Positions 51,907 through 61,240 of a stretch of 64,000 nucleotides of DNA are shown in pieces (within the stretch, counting starts at the first letter, position 1; every line of letters starts with the position of its first letter). The notes beneath the pieces were generated by a model. That model saw nothing but the letters and a program-made list of their open reading frames with translations. It was not told where the DNA came from and made no database searches. This DNA is from an uncultured Verrucomicrobiae bacterium (GTDB lineage: Bacteria; Verrucomicrobiota; Verrucomicrobiia; Chthoniobacterales; Terrimicrobiaceae), in contig CAVPOC010000015.1 in NCBI GenBank assembly GCA_963706955.1, forward strand, positions 35,700-99,699, in the 5' to 3' direction. Both the position numbers and the translations under genes were made by a program.

Positions 51907-52910
51907 ACTCTAACGGTACGGTTCTTGCGCAGGTTGGTTGTGGTTATTGGGGTCCGAATCTTCTTCGGAATTTCTCCTCCTTGCCGAATTGCCGGGTCAA
52001 ATACGTTGTCGATTCCAGTCCGGAGCGACGTGCCTTTGTCGAAGCCAACTTTCCTCGTACCACCGCAGTGGATTCGTGCGCCCCGGTCCTCTCTGATCCT
52101 GAAGTTGGGGGTGTCATCATTGCCACACCCGCGGGAACGCACTTCCGGATCGCCAAAGAGGCGCTGCTCGCGGGCAAGAGCGTTTTCGTCGAAAAGCCAT
52201 TGGCGACCAAGGTCGCGGAAGTTGATGAACTGGGGGAAATCGCCGCCGCGCGCGATCTCATTGTCATGGCAGGCCATACCTTTCTCTTTAACGCGGCCGT
52301 GCGCTACGTGAAACAGCTGCTGGATGCAGGTGAGTTGGGTGAGATCCGATACATCTATAGCCAACGATTAAACCTCGGCCGCATCCGACCGGATATTGAT
52401 GCCCTTTGGAACTTCGCGCCGCACGATATCAGCATTATTCAATACTGGCTTGGCGATCCCACCCCCATAGCGGTTCACCGGGTCGGGATGGATTTCATTC
52501 AGAACGGCATTGATGATGTCGTCTTTCTTACCGTCGTGTATCCGAACAAGGTGATTGCCAACATTCACGTCAGCTGGCTCGACCCCCAGAAAGTGAGAAA
52601 GATGATCGTAGTCGGATCACGCAAGATGGTCGTTTATGACGATATCGCTGATGACAAGATCGCCATCTACGACAAGGGTATCGATAAGAGAGCGATTCTT
52701 GGTCAAAATATGGACTTTGACCATCCCCGGCCCGAGCAGTTTAGTTATCGCAGCGGGGACCTCTTAATGCCGCACGTTAATTTTACCGAGCCTCTGCGGT
52801 CCGAGGCACAGACCTTTGTCGACTGCTTGCGTAACGGAGGCTTGCCCATCACCGGTATTTCTCATGCCCGGAAGGTCGTGTCGATTCTTGAGCGCGCTAA
52901 GCCGCTCTAA
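51903..52910 (+). CDS. Gfo/Idh/MocA NDP-sugar oxidoreductase, copy 2
   Basis: GCGYWGPNLLRNF, EKP, WNFAPHD and SWLDP.KVR motifs; paralog of the 41024 gene. Confidence 0.9.
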   Translation: MNSNGTVLAQVGCGYWGPNLLRNFSSLPNCRVKYVVDSSPERRAFVEANFPRTTAVDSCAPVLSDPEVGGVIIATPAGTHFRIAKEALLAGKSVFVEKPLATKVAEVDELGEIAAARDLIVMAGHTFLFNAAVRYVKQLLDAGELGEIRYIYSQRLNLGRIRPDIDALWNFAPHDISIIQYWLGDPTPIAVHRVGMDFIQNGIDDVVFLTVVYPNKVIANIHVSWLDPQKVRKMIVVGSRKMVVYDDIADDKIAIYDKGIDKRAILGQNMDFDHPRPEQFSYRSGDLLMPHVNFTEPLRSEAQTFVDCLRNGGLPITGISHARKVVSILERAKPL

Positions 52911-52915
52911 CGCTC

Positions 52916-53407
52916 ATGCCACACAATGTCACGAGAGAGTCAGCCTCGATACCGACCCTTCGCAAGGCCGGGATAGTCGACGTGGCTTTTGGCCAACGGG
53001 TCACCGTCGTCGAACCCGTCAACCTTTATGGATGCACAATCGGAGATGATTGTTTCGTTGGACCATTCGTCGAGATCCAATGCGGCGTGACGATTGGACA
53101 TCGCTGCCGCGTCCAGTCTCACGCCTTCATTTGCGAGCTTGTGAAGATTGGCGACGACTGCTTTATCTCGCACGGTGCCATGTTCATCAATGACCTCTTC
53201 TCTCTTGGCGGCCCCGCTAAGAGGCGACAAGATCTCTGGCGCTCAACCACCGTCGGTAATGCGGTCAATATTGGTACGAATGCAACGGTTCTGCCAGTGA
53301 CTATTTGCGATCACGTAGTGGTGGGTGCCGGCGCCGTGATTACGAAAGATATCGTGCAGGCTGGTATCTACGCCGGCAACCCGGCTCGTTTTCTTAGGGC
53401 GATTTAA
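52916..53407 (+). CDS. Hexapeptide-repeat N-acetyltransferase, copy 2
   Basis: VNLYGC.IG, SHAFICE, FIND and GAGAVITKD...GNPAR motifs. Confidence 0.9.
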   Translation: MPHNVTRESASIPTLRKAGIVDVAFGQRVTVVEPVNLYGCTIGDDCFVGPFVEIQCGVTIGHRCRVQSHAFICELVKIGDDCFISHGAMFINDLFSLGGPAKRRQDLWRSTTVGNAVNIGTNATVLPVTICDHVVVGAGAVITKDIVQAGIYAGNPARFLRAI

Positions 53408-53437
53408 CTTATGCTCACTACTTTACCACGGCGTTCG

Positions 53438-54541
53438 ATGACCGTGCCTTTTGTCGATCTTCACGCCCAATATCTTGGTATCAAACCCGAGATCGACGCG
53501 GCCATCGCGGAAGTTATTGCAGACTCGGCGTTTATTCGAGGGCGTCATGTGGACGCCTTTGAAAAGGCATGGGCGGGGACGCTTGGAGTTAGGCACTGCG
53601 TTTCCTGCGCGAACGGCACTGACGCGCTGTACATCGTCATGCGTGGGCTCGGCATCCAGCCGGGCGACGAAGTCATCACGACGGCGCACTCCTGGATTTC
53701 CACGAGCGAGACAATTACGCAGGCAGGTGGCAGAGTGATCTTTTGCGATACGGATAACGAAACCTTCAATATCGACCCAACGCTGATCGAGGCAAAGATC
53801 ACGCCTCGGACGGTAGGCATCATTCCGGTGCATCTCTACGGCCAGCCAGCGGATATGGCCGCGATCATGGCGATTGCCCGGAAGCATGAGCTGTGGGTGA
53901 TCGAGGACTGCGCCCAAGCCCACCTGGCGAAATTCAAGGGTCAATCTGTGGGAACGTTCGGCGATGCGGCAACCTTTTCCTTCTATCCGGGCAAGAATCT
54001 CGGCGCCTATGGCGATGCGGGATGCCTGGTGACCAATAGAGACGACCTGGCAGAATGGTGCGGCACCTACGCCCGGCACGGCGGCAAGGGCGAACACGTC
54101 ATGGAAGGAATCAACAGCCGGCTGGATGGGCTGCAGGCCGGCGTGCTCAATGTGAAACTGCCGCATCTCGCCGCCTGGACGGAAGCACGCCGCAAGGTGG
54201 CCGCGCGTTACGACCAATTGCTGGCCGGTATTCCGGACCTGGTCACACCGGCCGTGGCCCCGGACTGCGAGCATGTCTATCACCTGTATGTCATCCGGAC
54301 CAGCCGCCGCGACGCCTTGAAAAAGCATCTGGCCGATGACGGCATTGCCACCTCCCTGAATTATCCCAAGGCGCTGCCTTTCTATCCCGCCTATGCGTAT
54401 CTCGGTCATCGACCGTCCGATTTCCCGGTCGCCCACGCGAACCAATCCCGCATCCTTTCCCTGCCGATGTATCCTGAAATGACCGGAGCCATGGTCGAGT
54501 ACGTCGCTGATCGAATTGCTGGGTTTCTCAATGACGAGTAG
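53438..54541 (+). CDS. DegT/DnrJ/EryC1/StrS aminotransferase, copy 2
   Basis: [34 protein letters not shown] and SLPMYP motifs. Confidence 0.93.
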   Translation: MTVPFVDLHAQYLGIKPEIDAAIAEVIADSAFIRGRHVDAFEKAWAGTLGVRHCVSCANGTDALYIVMRGLGIQPGDEVITTAHSWISTSETITQAGGRVIFCDTDNETFNIDPTLIEAKITPRTVGIIPVHLYGQPADMAAIMAIARKHELWVIEDCAQAHLAKFKGQSVGTFGDAATFSFYPGKNLGAYGDAGCLVTNRDDLAEWCGTYARHGGKGEHVMEGINSRLDGLQAGVLNVKLPHLAAWTEARRKVAARYDQLLAGIPDLVTPAVAPDCEHVYHLYVIRTSRRDALKKHLADDGIATSLNYPKALPFYPAYAYLGHRPSDFPVAHANQSRILSLPMYPEMTGAMVEYVADRIAGFLNDE

Positions 54542-54552
54542 CACGAGATGGT

Positions 54553-54756
54553 TTGCCGCGATGGCTCCAGCTCGTGATTTGGACCGATTTGCTGGCGAAT
54601 CCCATCAACCCCGTACTTGGAGCGGGCAGCACGGGGAAGCCGCCGCTCTCGTATCGCGAAATCATCCTCACCGCCCGGATGATTGACGAGATTTTCCGTC
54701 AGATCGCTCCCGCACTCGAGGAAACGGAGAATCCGTTGGCGCACGCGGTGCCATGA
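54553..54756 (+). pseudogene. Probable 3' remnant of a further oxidoreductase gene
   Basis: The tail PPLSYREIILTARMIDEIFRQI resembles a Gfo/Idh/MocA C-terminal helix and is ATGA-coupled to the GT2 gene; no recognisable N-terminus. Confidence 0.4.
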
Positions 54757-55667
54757 AATACGTTCTGATCACGGCGGCCCGAAATGAGTCCGCGTTCATC
54801 GAGCGGACGCTGCAATCCGTCGTCACGCAGACCCAACCTCCCGAACGCTGGGTGATTGTTGATGACGGCTCCACGGATGAGTCCCCGAAAATTGCGGCGA
54901 AGTATGCCAAGGCTCATCCCTGGATTGAACTGGTCCACCGGCCCAAACGGTCCGATCGAAGTTTTGCCGGCAAGGCCTACGCCGTGCAGGCCGGCTGGGA
55001 TCGGGTTCAGGACCTGGAGTTCGAGGTGCTCGGCAACCTGGATGCCGACGTGTCATTCGGACCGGATTACATGGCCTTCGTGATGGAGCGGTTCGAAGCC
55101 GACCCGGCTCTTGGTGTCGGTGGAACGCCCTTCACCGAGGAAGGGGGATACGATTCCACGCGCGATAGCTTTGAAGGGCCGAACTACGTGGCGGGTCCCT
55201 GTCAATTGTTTCGCCGCGCCTGCTGGCAGGACATCGGCGGATACGTTCCGAACAAGGCCGGTGGGGTGGACTGGATCGCAGTCATGACCGCCCGCATGAA
55301 GGGCTGGACGGTCCGCGCCTATCCCGAGAAGCGGTTTCACCACCATCGCTCGATGGGAACAGCGCAGCGCAGCCAGTTGTCGTCGATGTTCTCGTATGGT
55401 GAGAAGGATTACTACCTGGGCGGTTCGCCGCTCTGGCAGTTGTTTCGGTGCGCCTACCGTATGGCGAAGCGGCCCTACATCATGGGCGGGTTGGCCTTGG
55501 GCACCGGTTACTTTACGGCCGCGCTTCGGCGAATGCCCCGGGCGGTCAGCCCGGAATTGATGCGCTTCCATCGGGCGGAGCAGATGAAGAAGTTGAAGGG
55601 TGTGTTCGGGTCGCTTTTGCGCCTCAAGAAGGTGGACAACTTTGCCGTCGCTGGGGAACAGCGCTGA
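54753..55667 (+). CDS. GT2 family glycosyltransferase
   Basis: IT.ARNE, VDDGSTD and DAD motifs. Confidence 0.92.
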   Translation: MKYVLITAARNESAFIERTLQSVVTQTQPPERWVIVDDGSTDESPKIAAKYAKAHPWIELVHRPKRSDRSFAGKAYAVQAGWDRVQDLEFEVLGNLDADVSFGPDYMAFVMERFEADPALGVGGTPFTEEGGYDSTRDSFEGPNYVAGPCQLFRRACWQDIGGYVPNKAGGVDWIAVMTARMKGWTVRAYPEKRFHHHRSMGTAQRSQLSSMFSYGEKDYYLGGSPLWQLFRCAYRMAKRPYIMGGLALGTGYFTAALRRMPRAVSPELMRFHRAEQMKKLKGVFGSLLRLKKVDNFAVAGEQR

Positions 55668-56956
55668 TGCGAGTCGCGATTCCAGAAAGTGCTGTCACCG
55701 CGAATACGAAGGCCGTCCGCGGGGCTCTCGATCGCTTTCTACGGTGGCTGGACGAATACGGCGAAACTTCCTGGGATCACCAAAGTTACTTTGCCGGTGC
55801 GTATGGTGGTCGGGCCAAGGCTCTGTACTACCGGCACAAGCTCCTCGGCACGCTCGCCGTGGCCCCGATGATCTTCTCGGAGGCGTTTCTCCCGGCGGCC
55901 CGACGCTTGTTTCACCGGAGGGTCCGGTTTCCGATTGCAGACGCCCACTACGCCATGGGGTTCGCTTTCCTTTATGAAACAGAAGGTGCACCGGAACATC
56001 TCGCGCGGGCCATTCATTTCCTCGAGGAACTGAAAAAGTTCCGGTGCGGAGGATTCCGGGAATATTGTTGGGGCTACCCATTCGACTGGGTCACCCGCAA
56101 TGGCGTGATGAAGCGGAACACCCCGCTCATCACATCCACCCCCTATGTCTATGAGGCCTTCCTGCAGGTCCATCAGGTCGCGCCGCGCGACGAATGGCTG
56201 GAGATCCTCGCCTCCATCGTCCGCCACGCCTGTCAGGACATCAAGGATTTCCCGTTCCCGGCTCGGAACGCGCCCGCACGTGCTCCTACAATCCGTTTGA
56301 CACAGGCGGGGTGGTCAACGCCTCGGCCTACCGCGCGGCGATGCTGACCAGCGCCTCGCGCGTGTTCGACAGCGAGGAATACTGGGCAATCGCGGAGCGC
56401 AACCTGTGGTTCGTCCTGGAATCGCAGAACGACGATGGTTCCTGGCCCTACGCGAAGGATAGCGTGCGCGATTTCGTGGATCACTTTCACACCTGCTTCG
56501 TGATGAAGGCGCTGGCGAAGATCCACCCTGACGGGTCATGCGGAAACGCTCGCGGCGCTCGAGGCGGGGCGTCGACTACTACCTTGCGAATCTCTTCGAC
56601 GCCGACGGTCTGCCGAAGCCGTTCTCGGGGCACCGCGGCTGACGGTCTACAAGCGGGAACTCTACGACTGTGCCGAGTGCATCAATCTCTGTCTGCTCCT
56701 CCGTGATCGGTTTCCCCGCTTGCAGGCGACGCTCGAGACTGTCGTCACGGGCATCTGCGAAGACTGGGTCAAGCCGGACGGCTCATTTCGTTCCCGCCGG
56801 CTGCATTTCGGCTGGGACAACGTCCCGATGCACCGCTGGGCGCAGTCGCAGATGTTCCGCGCGCTGGCGTTGTATCTCCGTGAGACTGCGCGTAGTTCGG
56901 CGCGTGGAGGCGTTCGGTCGCAATACCGTGAAAGAGAATGTTTTCAAAGGTTTTAA
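55667..56956 (+). CDS. Uncharacterised alpha/alpha-barrel-like protein of polysaccharide loci, frameshifted
   Basis: CWGYPFDW, V.NA, QNDDGSWPY, DHFHT and RWAQ..MF.AL motifs across frames; TGATG coupling to GT2. Confidence 0.65.
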
Positions 56957-57398
56957 GAACCGAGGACCGCAGCAGTTTGCACTGTCGTTGCCGGGTGGCT
57001 ACAGGATGCGTGGGGCATTGCATCGCATGCGCGGTGTGAAGATGGGAGAAAACGTATGGATCGGTTACGGAGCATTGATCGAGACCGGCTATCCCGAACA
57101 TGTAACCATCGGCAACAACGTTATCATAGGCATCCGTGCAACCGTCCTGGCGCATTTTCAAGAAGTGATGGGCGTGACTATCAAGGACGACGTTTACGTG
57201 GGCGCGTGCGCGGTGATTTTGCCCGGGGTAACCATTGGCGAAGGCGCAGTGATTAGTGCGGGTAGCGTGGTAACCTCGTCAGTGCCGCCGATGACCGTGG
57301 TGCAGGGAAATCCCGCCAAACGTATCGCGAAATGTGGCATCCCGCTCCGGCTTAACACGTCCCGCGCCGAATTCATGCGGTGTCTCAAGAGCCTTTAG
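56928..57398 (+). CDS. Hexapeptide-repeat (LbH) acyltransferase
   Basis: RGVKMGENVWIG...ILPGVTIGEGAVISAGSVV...GNPAK; GTG at 56928. Confidence 0.85.
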   Translation: MKENVFKGFKNRGPQQFALSLPGGYRMRGALHRMRGVKMGENVWIGYGALIETGYPEHVTIGNNVIIGIRATVLAHFQEVMGVTIKDDVYVGACAVILPGVTIGEGAVISAGSVVTSSVPPMTVVQGNPAKRIAKCGIPLRLNTSRAEFMRCLKSL

Positions 57399-57416
57399 GA
57401 GGCTTGGAAGTTATTA

Positions 57417-57680
57417 ATGGAGAACAATCAAATCACCGCGGAATTGCGGCAGTTCATCAGAGAGCGCTATGGCGTTCCGGAAAATGATCCCGACTTCAAC
57501 GACGATGTTGACCTGTTCAACTACGGTTACATTGATTCCTTCGGTGCCGTGGCTTTGATAAGTTTCATCGAGAAACGGTTTGGCATCCGATTCCACAACG
57601 CCGACTGGGCCGCATTTCCATTGAGTACAATCAACCAGATCACCAACTTTGTCGCCAAACGCGGGAAAGGAGAGGTTTAG
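57417..57680 (+). CDS. Acyl/aminoacyl carrier protein (DltC-like)
   Basis: DLF..G.IDSFG.V.L...IE.RF.I with the phosphopantetheine-accepting Ser; 87 aa. Confidence 0.9.
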   Translation: MENNQITAELRQFIRERYGVPENDPDFNDDVDLFNYGYIDSFGAVALISFIEKRFGIRFHNADWAAFPLSTINQITNFVAKRGKGEV

Positions 57681-57682
57681 CC

Positions 57683-58880
57683 ATGTCCTACAAAATCGCG
57701 ATTCCCGTCAGTAGACTTGACGCCGAGTCCCGGTCCCAACTGGAATACTCGCTTTCTTTCGCCTCGGAAGAAATCGTCAGCTACAGGGTCGCCGAGGAGA
57801 ATTCACTCGTGGAGGTCGAAGTGGCCTCGGAAGCCGCGCGTGAGCCGGTGACGCAAAGAGTGCAGGAGCTGGTCAAGCGCTACCAGCAGCGTGAATTCGG
57901 CCTTGCCAAGAACCTCGAATACCAGTGCGAGCGCGATCTGCCGGTGTTTGACGCTTGGTCGCAGTTACTCGAACGCCGCTGGGTCACGCAGGTCGGGCAG
58001 GGCCACGTCATCCTGCGCGGCCCTGCCGCCGAACTCCTCAGTCTGATTGAGAGGAAGGTCAATGACTTCGGTGCGCACTTTCAGGCTCAGCGCGAGTTTT
58101 ATCCTTCGACGATTCTCTGCAAGACACTGGACCGCATCCACCACTTCACCTCGTTCCCGGAGCACATTGATTTCGTTGCGCATTTGAAGGGCGACTTGGA
58201 CGTGTTGAACAAGTTCTCAGCGGAATGTCGTGAGCAGGGCTGGTCGCCGGCCCATCACGAGGGTCGCATGGGCGACAACGATTTTGCTATCTGCCCTTCC
58301 TGCTGCTACCACTGCTACGAGGGCATGGAGAACTGGCAGATCGAAGGGCCTGGCCGTTGCACGACGATGGCGGTGAATTGCCACCGTTACGAGGGCGCCA
58401 ACCACCGCACCATGACCCGGCTGCGCGCCTTCACTCGAACGCGACGTGGTCTGGGTAGGCCACCCGCGCTACGTCATGGAAGGCCGCGCGAAAGCCGAAG
58501 AACTCATCGTGCAATGGGCCAAGGACTGGGAAGTGGTCGGCACTTTTGAGACGGCCAACGACATGTTCTTCACACAGGACTATGCGGTGAAGGCGTCGTT
58601 CCAGCGCCAGCAGCAGGCCAAAAAAGAACTACGGCTGCTGATCCCGTTTGAGAAGCAATCCATCAGCGTATTTTCCTCAAATTTCCATTCGACGACGTTT
58701 GGCAAAGCATTCAACATCACCCAGGGTGGCAAGCCCGCCACGAGCGCCTGCGTGGGTTGGGGCTACGAGCGTTGGGTGTTTGCCATCTTCTCACAGTTCG
58801 GCCTGGATTGGCAAATGTGGCCAGAACGACTGCGGGAAGATCTTATCCATCATGGGAAAACCAAGCAACCCTGCGCATGA
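57683..58880 (+). CDS. Class II aaRS (atypical SerRS) homolog, amino acid:[carrier protein] ligase-like; frameshift at ~58436
   Basis: SFPEH, PSCCYHCY, motif 2 C.RYE......RL..F..RD.V and motif 3 SACVGWGYERW. No SerRS tRNA-binding coiled coil is evident. Adjacent to the ACP. Confidence 0.82.
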
Positions 58881-58889
58881 CGCCTGTGC

Positions 58890-59394
58890 ATGACGACAAT
58901 CGAGGAATTGAAGCCTCCCGATTTTGAAGCGGTGGCGGGCTGGCTCTCCCGACCTGAAATGAACCGGTGGCTCACCGGCCGAGTGGCGCGGTAAGTCGGC
59001 CGATCCTGTGCTGATTGGCGTCATGCTGCGTAACAAGAAGAACCGGGTGTTTCTTGTCCGCTGGAATGGCCAGCCGGCCGGGTTGGTGGCGCTCGCGGAC
59101 ATCGACGCCGGGGATGCCACCGCAATGGTTTGGTATCTCTTGGGCGACGCTTCCTTATCGGGTCGCGGCATCACCTCGACGGCTGTGAAGTTGATGGCGC
59201 AAAAATGCTTCCTGGAACTCAAGCTCGAATCGCTGTACGCCTGGGTGATGGAGGATAACGCGGCTTCGACCAAAGTGCTGCGGAAGGCTGGCTTTCGTGA
59301 GGCGGGGCGCCTGCGTCGTGCGGCGAATTCCGACGGCCTGCCTGTAGATCGGATCTATTTCGACCTGCTTGCGAGCGAGTGTCCCGTGAGTTGA
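58890..59394 (+). CDS. RimJ/RimL-type GNAT N-acyltransferase, frameshift at ~58980
   Basis: MTTIEELK.PDF..V..WL, then GRGI acyl-CoA motif and N.AS.KVL.KAGF..G.LR. Confidence 0.83.
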
Positions 59395-59434
59395 TGCTCG
59401 TATGAGTTTGAAGTCGTAAGCGTCTCGTGCCCGT

Positions 59435-61212
59435 ATGAAGGTCTTCTTCCACACACAGCCATCCTCCGCCGTCTCCAGGTGGCAAGGGCTTTCCAAATGT
59501 ATGGGCATCGACAGTGAGCTTGCGGATGTTGCGCTGCACGGATTGCTGGCGGTTATCGCACGGGAAATCGAGTCGAATCAGAGTCCTGCCATCCTACTTG
59601 ACGTTGGCAGCCTCAAAGACCACAGAGATGCTGACCGCCTCGAGGAATTGGCGGATGCCATTGCTCAATCAAGCGCTTCGGTGTTGCTGCTGGTAGGCGG
59701 ATGCGGAGAGCTGGTGGACCGGTTCGTAAGGACCTTGACGCGTGGCATCGTGGCGCAGGTAGGTGCACCGGTCGGGCGGACCGTGTTAGTTTTCCGGCCG
59801 CGTCGAGCAAGTTTAGCCGGGAGATCAGCGGGCACTCCTTCGGACGCGAACCGTGTGAAGCGCTGGGTTTGGTTACCGGCGACCTAGCAAGTTTAGAGGT
59901 CATTACGAGGGTTGGCGAGAGCCCTTGTTTCGTCTGTGTCCCAATTGGCCGTGCGCGCGTCTTCGTTTGGGCCACTGATTCGGTTTTTGACGTGACGCGT
60001 CCTTTGAAGGAAGAAAGGGAGTTTGAACATGCAGCGGACGAATATGTACCTGCCATCATCTTTCTGCGCAACGCTTTCGGTGACCGTTGCTGGAGCAGCA
60101 CGTGGATTGGGGCGGGCATCGTGGTTGACGATCCGTTGCTGAGAGAGAATTACGGGCTCATCCATTTCCCGTCGCTACTCGAATCCGCCCGCCGGCACGC
60201 CTACCACGTCACGCTGGCGTTCATTCCATGGAACTACTGGCGTGGATCCGCCTCCAAAGCGAGGATGTTCCTTGAACATAGCGATTGTTTCAGCCTGTGC
60301 GTCCACGGCTGCGACCACACAAACAGGGAGTTCGAGTCGACCCACTACGAGGACTTGTTGACGCGAAATTTCAAGGCGACGCGCCGCATGAACCGGCACC
60401 GCGAGCGCACCGGCGTGCCGTACGAACCACTGATGGTGTGCCCGCAGGAGCTCTATTCACTCGAAGCCATGCGCGCTTTTGCCGATAGCCGCCAGATTAC
60501 TGCCCTAGTTTGCACCGCGTGTATGCCGCGCAATCTCGCGGTCGCTCAACTCCGGGGCGAAGATCTGCTGCTGCCGGCGCAGGATTCTTTCTTCGGTGTC
60601 CCGATATTCAAACGCCATTACTCGACCGACATCGCGGTCTTTGCGATGGCAGTCTTCTTGGGGAAGCCCGCAATCCTCGTGGAGCACCATGAATTCTTCC
60701 GCAGCGGTCCCGGTCGAGCGGAAGAATTTGTGTCCCAGCTAGCGCGAGTTTGTCCTGGCGTCCGGTGGACATCACTAGCTGAAACAGTGAGGCGCACTCA
60801 CCTTCGCCGGCGGCTTGCGGATCACCGGCATGAAGTCCGCTTCTTCACCGATGATTTTAAGATGGAAACAGTTCGTGACCGCGCGTCGGATTACAGTTTC
60901 TTACGCCGGATTCCGGGCACAACATCGATCCAGCGCGTGACGGTGAACGGTGCGGAAACGGCGTTTGCACATCGGGACGGGTGGTTATCGTTCACCGCGC
61001 CTATCGGCTCCGCGCAGTCGTTGAGGGTCCGCGTAGACGTGAACGCCGTGGAGGCGAAGAGTAACTCTTTGCACGGATTGAAGTATCAGGCAAGCGTCGC
61101 GCTGCGGCGCGGGCTTTCAGAATTTCGAGACAACGTGATTGCCAGAAGCGATGTTGCTTTGCGTGCGGCGAGGAAGCTGGCGAACACCTTGAAGCAAACC
61201 GGGAACCACTGA
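59435..61212 (+). CDS. Polysaccharide deacetylase-like protein 3, frameshift at ~59770
   Basis: IVVDDP, AFIPWN, VHGCDHT..EF and EHH motifs suggest a CE4-like metal site. Confidence 0.62.
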
Positions 61213-61240
61213 AACCCCCGCCATCGAACCTGCCTAAAAG

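Noticed and set aside
53423..54544. Long antisense ORFs (373 aa here; also 8461-9222, 41091-41915, 46726-47550)
   Set aside because: These are shadow ORFs opposite well-supported genes in GC-rich DNA, with no recognisable motifs.
57683..58880. Housekeeping seryl-tRNA synthetase or an NRPS/PKS cluster
   Set aside because: It lacks an evident SerRS tRNA-binding arm, and no condensation, ketosynthase or thioesterase genes are nearby; the context is glycan biosynthesis.
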